64,000 nt of DNA from Nitrospiraceae bacterium (GTDB lineage Bacteria > Nitrospirota > Nitrospiria > Nitrospirales > Nitrospiraceae). The notes below the pieces were generated by a model. It had not been told where the DNA came from, did not search any database, and worked only from the letters and a program-made list of their open reading frames with translations. The stretch covers positions 1 to 64,000 of the forward strand of contig JBFWWG010000015.1 in NCBI GenBank assembly GCA_050246315.1, written 5' to 3'. Positions 51,200 to 59,478 of this stretch are shown piece by piece. Each line of letters begins with the position of its first letter. Position 1 is the first letter of the stretch. The position numbers and the translations under genes are program-made.

Positions 51200-52555
51200 A
51201 TGGTTGGCCCAAGACTCGTCATCATCATATTCGCCGCCTGGATGCTGGCCGGGTGTCAGTCCGCTTCGCCTCGTGAGCGTGCGCCAGATGCGGGAGAGAC
51301 GCAGGCCGTTCCTCGCGCCCAGGAGGTGCCGGAGACGAATGGGAGCGGCCTTGAGTCGGCCTCGGACGGGCCCTCCGCCACCCTCGCCTTTCGGGCGATG
51401 TTGCGTGACGAAAATCGCAATCACGTGCTGGAACAGGGTGAACGGATGACGCTGGAGGTCGAAATCACCAACCTTGGACCCGGGTCCGTCTCGGACATCG
51501 AGATCCGCTGCAGCGGGAAGGGAGGAATCGCCGAACAATTCACCGGGTCCCCGCATGTGGCGACATTGCCTGCCGGGGTGCGTACGCGACTGGTCGCGAC
51601 AGCCACAGCCCCATCGGTGGATCAAGTCCAGCAGGGAGAGTTGACGGTTGAGTTGGCAACCGGCGACTCATCGGTACAACTGCCGCCGGCTAAGACCTTC
51701 GTGGTGGCGATTCGGCCGGGGTCGGCGGACCAGGTCGAAGTGCTCTCGGTGGACGTGGACCAAATCCCCATCCGGTCGCGCGGAGCCGAGCAGCCCCACG
51801 CGGTTGGCGTCGCCATCGGTATCGGGAATTACCGTGACCAAGGCCAGGCCGGCGGTCGTTACGCCGTCCACGATGCCGAGATCACCGCCGCCTATTGGCG
51901 CACGGTGGTCGGGGTGCCGGCATCTCGACTCAAGCTGCTGACCGGCCGGCGGGCGCTGCGTGACGATTTCGTGGATACGTTCGAGACCTGGCTGCCACAA
52001 CAGGTCAAACCGGGGTCGCTCGTCTATATCTACCTGTCAGGTAAGGCCTCGGTCCATCCGTCAACCGGGGCGGTGGACCTGGCACCGTACGATGCCCTGC
52101 CGTCTTCGACGGAACGGCATTATCCGTTGCGGCGCCTGCACGCGGCGTTAGCGAGGCTCCCGATCGAGCGGGCGTTGTTGTTCTTGGAGGTGTCCCTCGA
52201 ACCCTCAAGCGGCGACCTGACGCAGAATCCGGCGTTGCCTCGTTGGGAGACGCCTGATCTCGCGATCCATCCCGGCAAGATCGTCCAGGTGATTGGGAAC
52301 CACGCGCTCCAGGAGGCGCACGATTATCCGCTCGGTCGGCATGGGCTCTTCACCTATCATCTCCTGAAGGGGTTGGCAGGAGAGGCAGATCCGAAGAAAA
52401 CCGGGCGTGTGTCGCTCGGCGACTTGTGCCGGTATGTGAAGGAGCAGGTGAAGGACGCGGCCCGCACGGAGTTCGGGAATCAGCAGGAACCCATCTGCCG
52501 TCCGACGACGGCAGACGCCGCGATCGCGCAAGTGGTGATTACGCGCCTCAAGTGA
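51200..52555 (+). CDS. Lipoprotein with an Ig-like domain and a caspase-like (C14) domain lacking the catalytic dyad
   Basis: Lipobox LAGC, AIGIGNY, YAVHDA, YLSGKA, HGLFTYHLLKGLAGEAD, QQEP. Confidence 0.75.
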   Translation: MVGPRLVIIIFAAWMLAGCQSASPRERAPDAGETQAVPRAQEVPETNGSGLESASDGPSATLAFRAMLRDENRNHVLEQGERMTLEVEITNLGPGSVSDIEIRCSGKGGIAEQFTGSPHVATLPAGVRTRLVATATAPSVDQVQQGELTVELATGDSSVQLPPAKTFVVAIRPGSADQVEVLSVDVDQIPIRSRGAEQPHAVGVAIGIGNYRDQGQAGGRYAVHDAEITAAYWRTVVGVPASRLKLLTGRRALRDDFVDTFETWLPQQVKPGSLVYIYLSGKASVHPSTGAVDLAPYDALPSSTERHYPLRRLHAALARLPIERALLFLEVSLEPSSGDLTQNPALPRWETPDLAIHPGKIVQVIGNHALQEAHDYPLGRHGLFTYHLLKGLAGEADPKKTGRVSLGDLCRYVKEQVKDAARTEFGNQQEPICRPTTADAAIAQVVITRLK

Positions 52556-52567
52556 GCGGCCCGTTCG

Positions 52568-52596
52568 TTGACACCGAGTAGCGGGGCCGCTATCAT
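52568..52596 (+). promoter_or_regulatory. Sigma70 promoter of tRNA-Thr
   Basis: TTGACA-17 bp-TATCAT. Confidence 0.7.
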
Positions 52597-52628
52597 GCCT
52601 CTCTCCGCATTTGCTTCCCTGTGAAGTT

Positions 52629-52704
52629 GCCGGCGTAGCTCAGTTGGTAGAGCAGCGGTTTCGTAAACCGCAGGTCGCTGGTTCGATCCCAGTCGCCGGC
52701 TCCA
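52629..52704 (+). tRNA. tRNA-Thr (CGT)
   Basis: Acceptor stem GCCGGCG/CGCCGGC, TAGCTCAGTTGGTAGAGC D-arm, gcggt-ttCGTaa-accgc, GGTTCGAT T-loop, CCA. Confidence 0.97.
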
Positions 52705-52867
52705 TACCAACCTTCGGTTGAACCAGCGGCTCACCAGGCGTAGCCTCTCCCCATTGACGCCGCTGGAGAACACCTCCAGTGATTGTTTCCTTGGAACCAA
52801 CCTTCGGTTGTACCGCGAGCCTATTTGTCGCTTCATCGTCCACCCACCGCGAAACACCTCCAGTGTT
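52705..52867 (+). repeat. Two ~85-90-bp units immediately 3' of tRNA-Thr
   Basis: accaaccttcggttg at 52706 and 52796 (period 90); aacacctccagtg at 52769 and 52853; the interiors differ. Confidence 0.8.
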
Positions 52868-53065
52868 TGGATGCTCGTCTTGCATCAGCGTGCTCGACCC
52901 GAAGTATTCTTCCCGGCATCCAACCACAGACTTTTTGTACTTCATCTGCTTTTTCCCCGGGAACGGTTCCATCCCCGTGGAGTCGGGTGACTTTCTCTTT
53001 GAGACTACGCTAGACTCGCGGTGTCAACGGTGAGAGATGGGAGATAGCCCCGAGGACGCGAGAGG

Positions 53066-53370
53066 ATGAGTCAATTTCGCCTGGTCTTTCGTGTCCATGC
53101 CATCCAGCGGATGTTTCAACGGCGGATCAGTGAAGCAGAAGTGAGGCGGGTGGTTGCGACGGGGGAGACCATCGAAACCTATCCAACGCAGAAACCTATC
53201 CAACGGACAAGCCCTACCCCAGCAGGCTGATAGTGGGGTGGGAGCGGACCCGCCCCATCCATGTGGTGGCGGCCGATCATGTCAGTGCACAAGAGACGAT
53301 CATTGTGACCGTGTATGAGCCCGATACCGCCGAGTGGGAAGCGGGATTCAAGAGGAGGAAGTCTCAATGA
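53066..53370 (+). pseudogene. DUF4258-family putative toxin, frameshifted
   Basis: MSQFRLVFRVHAIQRMFQRRIS..IETYP, then in another frame DKPYPSRL..RPIHVV..VTVYEPD..W. A 17-nt insertion (15-bp duplication plus CA) at 53174-53205 breaks the frame. Confidence 0.85.
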
Positions 53371-53594
53371 AATGCGTGATTTGCAAGGTTGGCGAGACGC
53401 AACCCGGTACGGCGACGGTGACGCTGGATCGGGAGACGGCCACAGTTGTCATCAAGAAAGTCCCGGCAAGGGTTTGCAGGAACTGCGGAGAAGAGTATGT
53501 GGAGGAGACCGTCACGGCTCGCCTCCTGAAGACAGCCGAAGAAGCCGTTCGTGCGGGCGTTCAGGTTGACGTGAGAACGTACGCAGCCGCGTAG
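53367..53594 (+). CDS. YgiT/MqsA-type zinc-finger antitoxin-like protein
   Basis: MKCVICK...VPARVCRNCGEEY; ATGA overlap with the DUF4258 stop; GGAGG RBS. Confidence 0.9.
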   Translation: MKCVICKVGETQPGTATVTLDRETATVVIKKVPARVCRNCGEEYVEETVTARLLKTAEEAVRAGVQVDVRTYAAA

Positions 53595-53660
53595 GATAGC
53601 ATTCCTGCTCCTTGGTTCCAGTCCTCGCCACTTCTCAGGTCCGCCCAAGTTTCAAAATTA

Positions 53661-53684
53661 GGCTCTTCCGCAAATCGTGTGGAT
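53661..53684. mobile_element. Solitary ISL3-type terminal inverted repeat
   Basis: GGCTCTTCCGCAAATCGTGTGG closely matches both ends of the ISL3 at 34345 and 35756, and follows an AT-rich flank. Confidence 0.65.
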
Positions 53685-54126
53685 TGCTTGTAAGACCCAC
53701 ACCCTCGGCGCGGGCGAGGGGACGCTCGCTCTCGCGCCTCCCGGATCGACCCGTCCGGGGCTCCGCAGGCGGACCCCTTCTGGAATTCGCTCCGCTACGG
53801 TCTGGCGACCGTGGGGCATCGGTCAGGTCCCGCTTTCCTTCCTGCCGTGCCCTCGGTGGGGCCCCGATCCTCCGGCAATGCGACCGGGCCTCCCTCGCTC
53901 TGCTCCCCGGGACAGGCGTGCGGCGCGGCCTCAGAGGCGCGGCGACCACTAGGACGAGAAGCGTCATGGAGTCTCATAGCTAATGCCGGAAGTTGCCGGG
54001 CGTGACCGTACAGATGACGGATTTGTCCGGCCGGACATCCGATTGCCGTCCCGTCTCGTACATGGTTGTATGAAGATCATTCAGGCCGGCCAGAGGGTGC
54101 ATCGTGTGTTCCTTCTCTCGCTGCGC

Positions 54127-55434
54127 ATGATTCTCTTCCACTCCATTCGTCTGATACTTCTGCTCGTACTTGCTGTCGGCGGTTGTGCGTCGGCGAGACC
54201 GCTTGCCCCCGGCTACGCCGAGGTGGCCGGGGCTTCGCCCACTCTAGCGGCGAGTGTCGAGATCGGCGACAAGGAACGAAGCGATGGTCGGTTCATTGGA
54301 CTAGCCATGTCCGGCGGAGGCAGCCGTGCTGCCGTGTTTGGTGCAGCGGTACTCAAAGAGCTGGAACGGCTCGGACTGCTCCAACAGGTCGATGTCATGT
54401 CCGCGGTCTCCGGTGGAGCGCTGCCGGCGGCCTACTATGCGCTGGACGGTTATCGATCCGTAGATTTTGCCAAGGGCTTCTTGGATCGGATGAGCCGGGA
54501 TTTCCAGAGCAAAGCGTGGAGACGATGGTGGTCGCCCGCCAACGTCCTGCGATACTGGTTCACGGACAAGACAAAATCAGATACCGTGATCGAGATGCTC
54601 GACGAGGAATTGTTCCAGCGTGCGACCTATGCTGACCTGAATCCGGCAAGGCCGAAACTGCTCCTCAATGCCGCGAACGCCTTGAACGGCGAGCCGTTCA
54701 TCATCGCCGACGAGAGCTTCGCGAGCCTGGGCTTGTCGTTGGCACCGTTCAGCATCGCGCGCGCCGTCTACATGTCGGCGGCCTATCCCGGTGTGCTGGA
54801 GCCGCTGGCTTTGCACAATGGGGCATCGACCGGCGGAGGGCAGGCCCGCACCCCGGCGTTGTTGTACGACGGAGGGGCGGTCGACAATCTCGGCATCAAG
54901 ACCCTGCTCACGGTGTTGAACAGGGCCGCGGAACGGGAACCGCTGGAGAACCAATTCCCCAACGGTTGTCTATTCATCTCCGTGGATGCCTCGCCTCGCT
55001 TCAGTCGGGATGACGGCCAGCCATTGCCCGCCGCAACCGTGTTGCTCAAGAGCAATCGACGGGAAGTGCTGGAGCGAGTCGGCCTTCCGGCCGACCGCCA
55101 AGATCGGGCTCGGTTCGGCGGGTTTGCCGTGGGAACGGAGAACAGGCAGGGCTCCTGTCGGATCTGGCACCTCGCGCTCCGTCAGTTGCCGGACAGCGAT
55201 CCGCTCGGTGCGAAGGTTACGAGCATCGCGACTACTCTGAAGATCGATGCGGAGGATCGGGAGGCGTTGGTCACGGCGGCGAAACGGCTTGTCGAAGAGA
55301 GCCGGGCTGAGGCGTATCGGAGCGGAGATTTGGCGCAGTTTCTGCGCTCCGCAATCATCGGCGAGTCATTCGAGGGGTCCGCATCAAGCGTGACACAGCG
55401 CTTACGAGCGTCGCGTGACCAATGGAATCCCTGA
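54127..55434 (+). CDS. Patatin-like phospholipase, probable lipoprotein
   Basis: Lipobox-like VGGC, AMSGGGSRAA, SAVSGG nucleophile elbow, SAAYPG, YDGG. Confidence 0.85.
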   Translation: MILFHSIRLILLLVLAVGGCASARPLAPGYAEVAGASPTLAASVEIGDKERSDGRFIGLAMSGGGSRAAVFGAAVLKELERLGLLQQVDVMSAVSGGALPAAYYALDGYRSVDFAKGFLDRMSRDFQSKAWRRWWSPANVLRYWFTDKTKSDTVIEMLDEELFQRATYADLNPARPKLLLNAANALNGEPFIIADESFASLGLSLAPFSIARAVYMSAAYPGVLEPLALHNGASTGGGQARTPALLYDGGAVDNLGIKTLLTVLNRAAEREPLENQFPNGCLFISVDASPRFSRDDGQPLPAATVLLKSNRREVLERVGLPADRQDRARFGGFAVGTENRQGSCRIWHLALRQLPDSDPLGAKVTSIATTLKIDAEDREALVTAAKRLVEESRAEAYRSGDLAQFLRSAIIGESFEGSASSVTQRLRASRDQWNP

Positions 55435-56102
55435 ACCGGTTAAAACAGGTCTTCCTCACCGGCGGGACCGGCTATCTGGGCAGCCGCCTGATCCCGCTCC
55501 TGGCCCAACGTGGGTACGGAGTTCGCACGCTCGTGCGGGAGTCGTCGCGCCGGCGACTGCCCGCCGGTTGTGAGCCGGTGATCGGCGATCCGCTCGATGC
55601 GCGGACCTTCGTTGACCATGTGCGAAGGGCGGACACGTTCGTGCAATTGGTCGGCACGCCGAAACCGGCTCCGTGGAAAGGCGAACAGTTTCGCGCCGTC
55701 GACCGGCGGTCCGGGTTGGCGTCGATCGATGCGGCCAGGCAGGTCGGCGTCGACCACTTCATCTACGTCAGCGTGGCCCATCCGGCGCCGATCATGAACG
55801 ACTACATTGCCGTGCGGCTCGAGTGCGAAGCGGCCCTGCGCGAGAGCGCACAGTGCGCGACGATACTCCGACCCTGGTATATCCTGGGACCGGGCCACTG
55901 GTGGCCGGCGCTGCTGAAACCGGCCTATTGGCTCTGCAAGCGGCTTCCGACCACCAGGGAATCGGCAGCCCGTCTGGGCCTCGTGACGATCGAGCAGATG
56001 CTTTGTGCGATCCTGTGGGCCATGGACCATCCGCCCAACCACGTCCACGTGATCAACGTTCCGGAGATAAGACGCCTCGGAGGCGTACCTGCGCCAGGGT
56101 GA
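55422..56102 (+). CDS. NAD(P)-binding atypical SDR / epimerase-family protein
   Basis: VFLTGGTGYLG, HFIYVS, ILRPWY. Confidence 0.85.
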   Translation: MESLNRLKQVFLTGGTGYLGSRLIPLLAQRGYGVRTLVRESSRRRLPAGCEPVIGDPLDARTFVDHVRRADTFVQLVGTPKPAPWKGEQFRAVDRRSGLASIDAARQVGVDHFIYVSVAHPAPIMNDYIAVRLECEAALRESAQCATILRPWYILGPGHWWPALLKPAYWLCKRLPTTRESAARLGLVTIEQMLCAILWAMDHPPNHVHVINVPEIRRLGGVPAPG

Positions 56103-56280
56103 GAATCTCGTCGTCTCTATCGGGGCGGCGAGCCAAGGCGATCTGATAATCCTCATACTCCTGAAGGTAGAGATCCAATGCCTTCTTGATGAAGTAGCTC
56201 TTCGGGCGGTCGCTCTCCTTCGCGAGCTTCTACAGTTTCCGATCCATCTGTTCATCGAGTCTCAACGTCAAGACCGCCAT
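56100..56280 (-). pseudogene. Ribbon-helix-helix (RelB/CopG-like) antitoxin pseudogene
   Basis: GAGGAGG RBS, then MAVLTLRLDEQMDRKL*KLAKESDRPKSYFIKKALDLYLQEYEDYQIA with an in-frame TAG at 56230-56232. No toxin gene follows. Confidence 0.75.
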
Positions 56281-56511
56281 CGTGACCTCCTCGTAGATGC
56301 TCCTGTAGCCTATGTATGACACGCGCATGACGTCAAGGTGCCGGACTCGCTGCGCGAGAAACCGAGGCGTTTGTCCCCGTATGATTCATGTCTTTGCGCT
56401 TACGGCGCCTGCAGTACAGGTTACCGTGACATCATGCTTCGTCTATCGGGAATGATTCAGCCACACCTTGCCGCTCGCATCCGATCCCTGATACGCTCAG
56501 AAACACAACGC

Positions 56512-56570
56512 AGTTGGGGATGGAGTCCCCCAGATCAAACCGCCGATGGCCGGGCTGATGACTCCTACGC
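56512..56570 (+). ncRNA. Fluoride riboswitch (crcB motif)
   Basis: ggggATGGAGTcccc...AAACCGCC...GGGCTGATGACTCCTAC matches the crcB consensus, including the GGAGT/ACTCC pseudoknot. Confidence 0.9.
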
Positions 56571-56665
56571 TACAGATGGCTGTAGCCGTGGAGTGGTCAC
56601 GAATGTCGTGATCCCCGCCGCCAGGCGGTTTTGTCGTTTCTTCGGCCGGAACGGAGGACTCCCGC

Positions 56666-57871
56666 ATGGACCCCATCTTTGCGACCGCTGCGCTCTGGCT
56701 TGCCCTTGCCGTTGTTTCCGCGCTGATCGCCGCCCACCTTCGCCTCTCCATCGCGCTGGTTGAGATCTGTCTCGGCGTGACGGTTGCCGCTGTCGCCGGC
56801 TGGTTTCATCTCGAGGATGTGTTGGACACCAACTCGGACTGGGTACGATTCCTCGCCTCCTCCGGCGCGGTCGTGCTCACGTTTCTGGCTGGGGCTGAAC
56901 TCGATCCTGACGTCATGCGGACCAAGTTACAGGAAGTGAGCGTGGTGGGGTTGGTCGGCTTTCTGGCGCCGTTTGTGGGTTGCGCCGCCGTCGCCTTCTA
57001 TGTCCTCGGCTGGGATATTCGGGCCAGTTGGCTCTGCGGTGTGGCGCTCTCTACGACCTCCATGGCCGTGGTCTATGCCGTGCTGTTGGAAACCGGGTTC
57101 AACCGGACGGAATTCGGGAAGGGTCTGCTTGGAGCCTGCTTCGTGAACGATCTCGGGACGGTTATCGCGCTCGGTATCCTCTTTGCGCCCTTCACCTACA
57201 AGACATTGCTCTTCATCGCTGGGAGCCTTGTGGCGATCTCAACCCTGCCCAGGCTGACGACCTGGCTGACCCATCATTATGGTAACCGAACGGCGGCGAT
57301 CCGGACGAAATGGGTGCTGGTCGTCCTTTTTGGCTTGGGCGCCTTGGCCCTTTGGTCGGGGAGCGAAGCTGTACTCCCCGCCTATCTGGCGGGAATGGCG
57401 CTCGCCGGCAGTGCCGCTCGTGATACCCATTGGATCAGACGGCTCCGGACGTTGACGGTCGGGTTTCTCACACCCTTCTATTTCATCAGAGCCGGAACGC
57501 TGGTGTCGCTACCGGCGCTGCTGGCTGCGCCGTCGATCTTTACGGCGCTGGTGGCGGCGAAGATGGTCTCGAAGATCGTCGGCCTCTACCCGGCGATTCA
57601 ACTGTACCGGCGGGAACGCAACGAACGGTGGTATTACACCCTGTTGATGTCCACCGGCCTGACGTTCGGGACGATCTCAGCGATCTATGGCCTGGCGCAC
57701 GGCATTGTGACACAGGAACAGTATTCCTTCCTGGTAGCGGCGGTGATTGCCAGCGCGGTCGTTCCCACCGTGATCGCGGGGGCGGCCTTTGTGCCGACGC
57801 ACCTGTTGCCGGAGGGAGCACAAGGAGGCAAGCCGGTGAGACGGATCGATGGCTTGAGCGAGGAGGGATGA
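56666..57871 (+). CDS. Cation:proton antiporter (CPA2-like)
   Basis: About 12 TM segments, FLAGAELD, ALSTTS, FVNDLG, FLTPFYFIRAG; directly after the fluoride riboswitch. Confidence 0.88.
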   Translation: MDPIFATAALWLALAVVSALIAAHLRLSIALVEICLGVTVAAVAGWFHLEDVLDTNSDWVRFLASSGAVVLTFLAGAELDPDVMRTKLQEVSVVGLVGFLAPFVGCAAVAFYVLGWDIRASWLCGVALSTTSMAVVYAVLLETGFNRTEFGKGLLGACFVNDLGTVIALGILFAPFTYKTLLFIAGSLVAISTLPRLTTWLTHHYGNRTAAIRTKWVLVVLFGLGALALWSGSEAVLPAYLAGMALAGSAARDTHWIRRLRTLTVGFLTPFYFIRAGTLVSLPALLAAPSIFTALVAAKMVSKIVGLYPAIQLYRRERNERWYYTLLMSTGLTFGTISAIYGLAHGIVTQEQYSFLVAAVIASAVVPTVIAGAAFVPTHLLPEGAQGGKPVRRIDGLSEEG

Positions 57872-57886
57872 AGCGGGAGGCAGTGA

Positions 57887-58008
57887 GTCGTCAACGGTCA
57901 ATCGTCCGGCGTCAGCCGTCATTCGATGACAGAGAGGGAACACCGTGCAGCGTTTCGATACTGTTGCGGATGACGGATGACGAATGACGGGTGACGAAAG
58001 ACGGACTG
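57887..58008. repeat. Two mutually inverted arrays of degenerate 7-mers
   Basis: (nnCGTCA)x5 at 57887-57921 and (CGGATGA-like)x6 at 57967-58008, between convergent genes. Confidence 0.65.
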
Positions 58009-58010
58009 GG

Positions 58011-59243
58011 TTAACCGGACTGCGCTGCTGCGCGTGTGATCCTCGCTCGCATGGTCAGCAGCCACAGGAGGCCCATCGCTCCAACCGCCGCCGCTGCTCC
58101 AAACGCGACGGAGGCCTGTTGCGATTCGAGCAGGTAGCCGACCGAGAGACTCGACAACATGTCGCCGGCAGCGTTGGCGCAGGCCAACAGGCCGAAACCG
58201 AGGCTCCGCATGGCCCGCGGCAACAGCTCGGCGGCCACGGCCTTCTCCAACGTTTCTTCCACCGCGATGTAGCAGCCCGATAGCAGTATCACAGCCAGAA
58301 TGCCTCCCGTCGAACCTCCGGCAAAGGCCAGCAGGAGGTTCGTCACGACACCAAGCCCGTAGCCCCAAAGTAGTATATGGAGCTTCGACCCCCGGTCTCC
58401 CAGATGCCCGACCGGATAGGCGACAGCGGCGCTCACCAGATTGTGTAGGGCATAAAGCAGGACGGCGGTTGAGAGCGTTCCTCCCGAGAGCGCCGCGGCC
58501 TCCGGCGTTACCGAGCCGTCAAAGTGCTGGGCCGCGACCCAAATCAGGAACGTCCGGGAGAAGTCTCCGAGGCCGAACAGAGACACTCCTACGAGCAGGA
58601 GCCAGAACGAGCGGGGAAAGGCCGACAGTCCCTGTCGGTGACCGGACTGGTGGGCGGTAGCCAAGTGTTCGTGGCGGCGCTCCTTCGTGAGAAAGAAGAG
58701 CGATGCCGCGGCCAGCAGTCCGGGGATGACTGTCCAGAGGATGACGGTGCGAAATTCAATCCCTCCCCAAATCAACAGCGTGGCGATCAATGGTCCGAGC
58801 ACTGCCCCGAGCATGTCGCCGGCCCGTTCCAGCCCATAAGCCCGTCCATAATGAGTCGGCTCGACGGCATCGGCGAGCAGGTCGTCCCGGAGCGGTCCGC
58901 GAAAGCCGCGGCCGACCCAGGCCAAACTGCGAAAGCCGACCAAGGCCATGAGGCTCTCGGCGAACCCGATCGCCCAGGTGGCGAGGGCGGTGGTGAGATA
59001 ACCCAGCGAGGCCAGGGACCGTTTGTGATCTGTGTGATGGCCGACGAACCCGCCGGCCAGCTTGGAGAGGCTCACCAGGAAATCGGCGAAGCCTTCCATC
59101 AGGCCGAGCGCGGCAGGCCCCAGCCCTAGCGTAGCCAGATAGAGTGGAAGGACCGCCGTGCACATCTCATGGCTGACATCGGAAAAGAACGTCGCCAGGA
59201 CGATCCCAAGCACGGACCGATTGATCCACGAGGCAGAGTACAT
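58011..59243 (-). CDS. MFS transporter
   Basis: 12 TM segments, FFSDVSHEM, GRGFRGPLRD, GRAYGLERAGDMLGAVLGP, GHLGDR. Confidence 0.9.
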   Translation of the reverse strand: MYSASWINRSVLGIVLATFFSDVSHEMCTAVLPLYLATLGLGPAALGLMEGFADFLVSLSKLAGGFVGHHTDHKRSLASLGYLTTALATWAIGFAESLMALVGFRSLAWVGRGFRGPLRDDLLADAVEPTHYGRAYGLERAGDMLGAVLGPLIATLLIWGGIEFRTVILWTVIPGLLAAASLFFLTKERRHEHLATAHQSGHRQGLSAFPRSFWLLLVGVSLFGLGDFSRTFLIWVAAQHFDGSVTPEAAALSGGTLSTAVLLYALHNLVSAAVAYPVGHLGDRGSKLHILLWGYGLGVVTNLLLAFAGGSTGGILAVILLSGCYIAVEETLEKAVAAELLPRAMRSLGFGLLACANAAGDMLSSLSVGYLLESQQASVAFGAAAAVGAMGLLWLLTMRARITRAAAQSG

Positions 59244-59339
59244 CGCCGGTCTACAACGGAGCAGGTTCAGGGATCGATGGCATGTGACGCGGAACGAGAA
59301 TCTACCTGATGGCGAGAAGAAATTCGAGATGAGGAGCGA

Positions 59340-59478
59340 CTAGCCGGTTGCAGAAGAACTCGAGTTGTGTGTTTCGACAGGTTCAGCACGATCGGAAGGT
59401 ACCGGTACCTTCAATGACCGCTCCATGCGTCCTGGGGGCCTCGACGGGTGACCGGATGGTTTTTCCACAGTCTGCTAG
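59340..59478. repeat. ~130-bp MITE/REP-like element flanked by CTAG
   Basis: CTAG-ccggttgcagaagaac ... gtttttccacagtctg-CTAG imperfect terminal IRs; a second partial copy lies at 50041-50092. Confidence 0.7.

Noticed and set aside
53635..53720. Minus-strand peptide NPHDLRKS resembling the tyrosine integrase HxLR motif
   Set aside because: The same bases are the ISL3 terminal inverted repeat, and no other integrase motifs are nearby.
54127..55434. Patatin plus the Omp85 barrel as a split type Vd secretion system
   Set aside because: The genes are 27 kb apart in unrelated contexts and nothing in the sequence links them.
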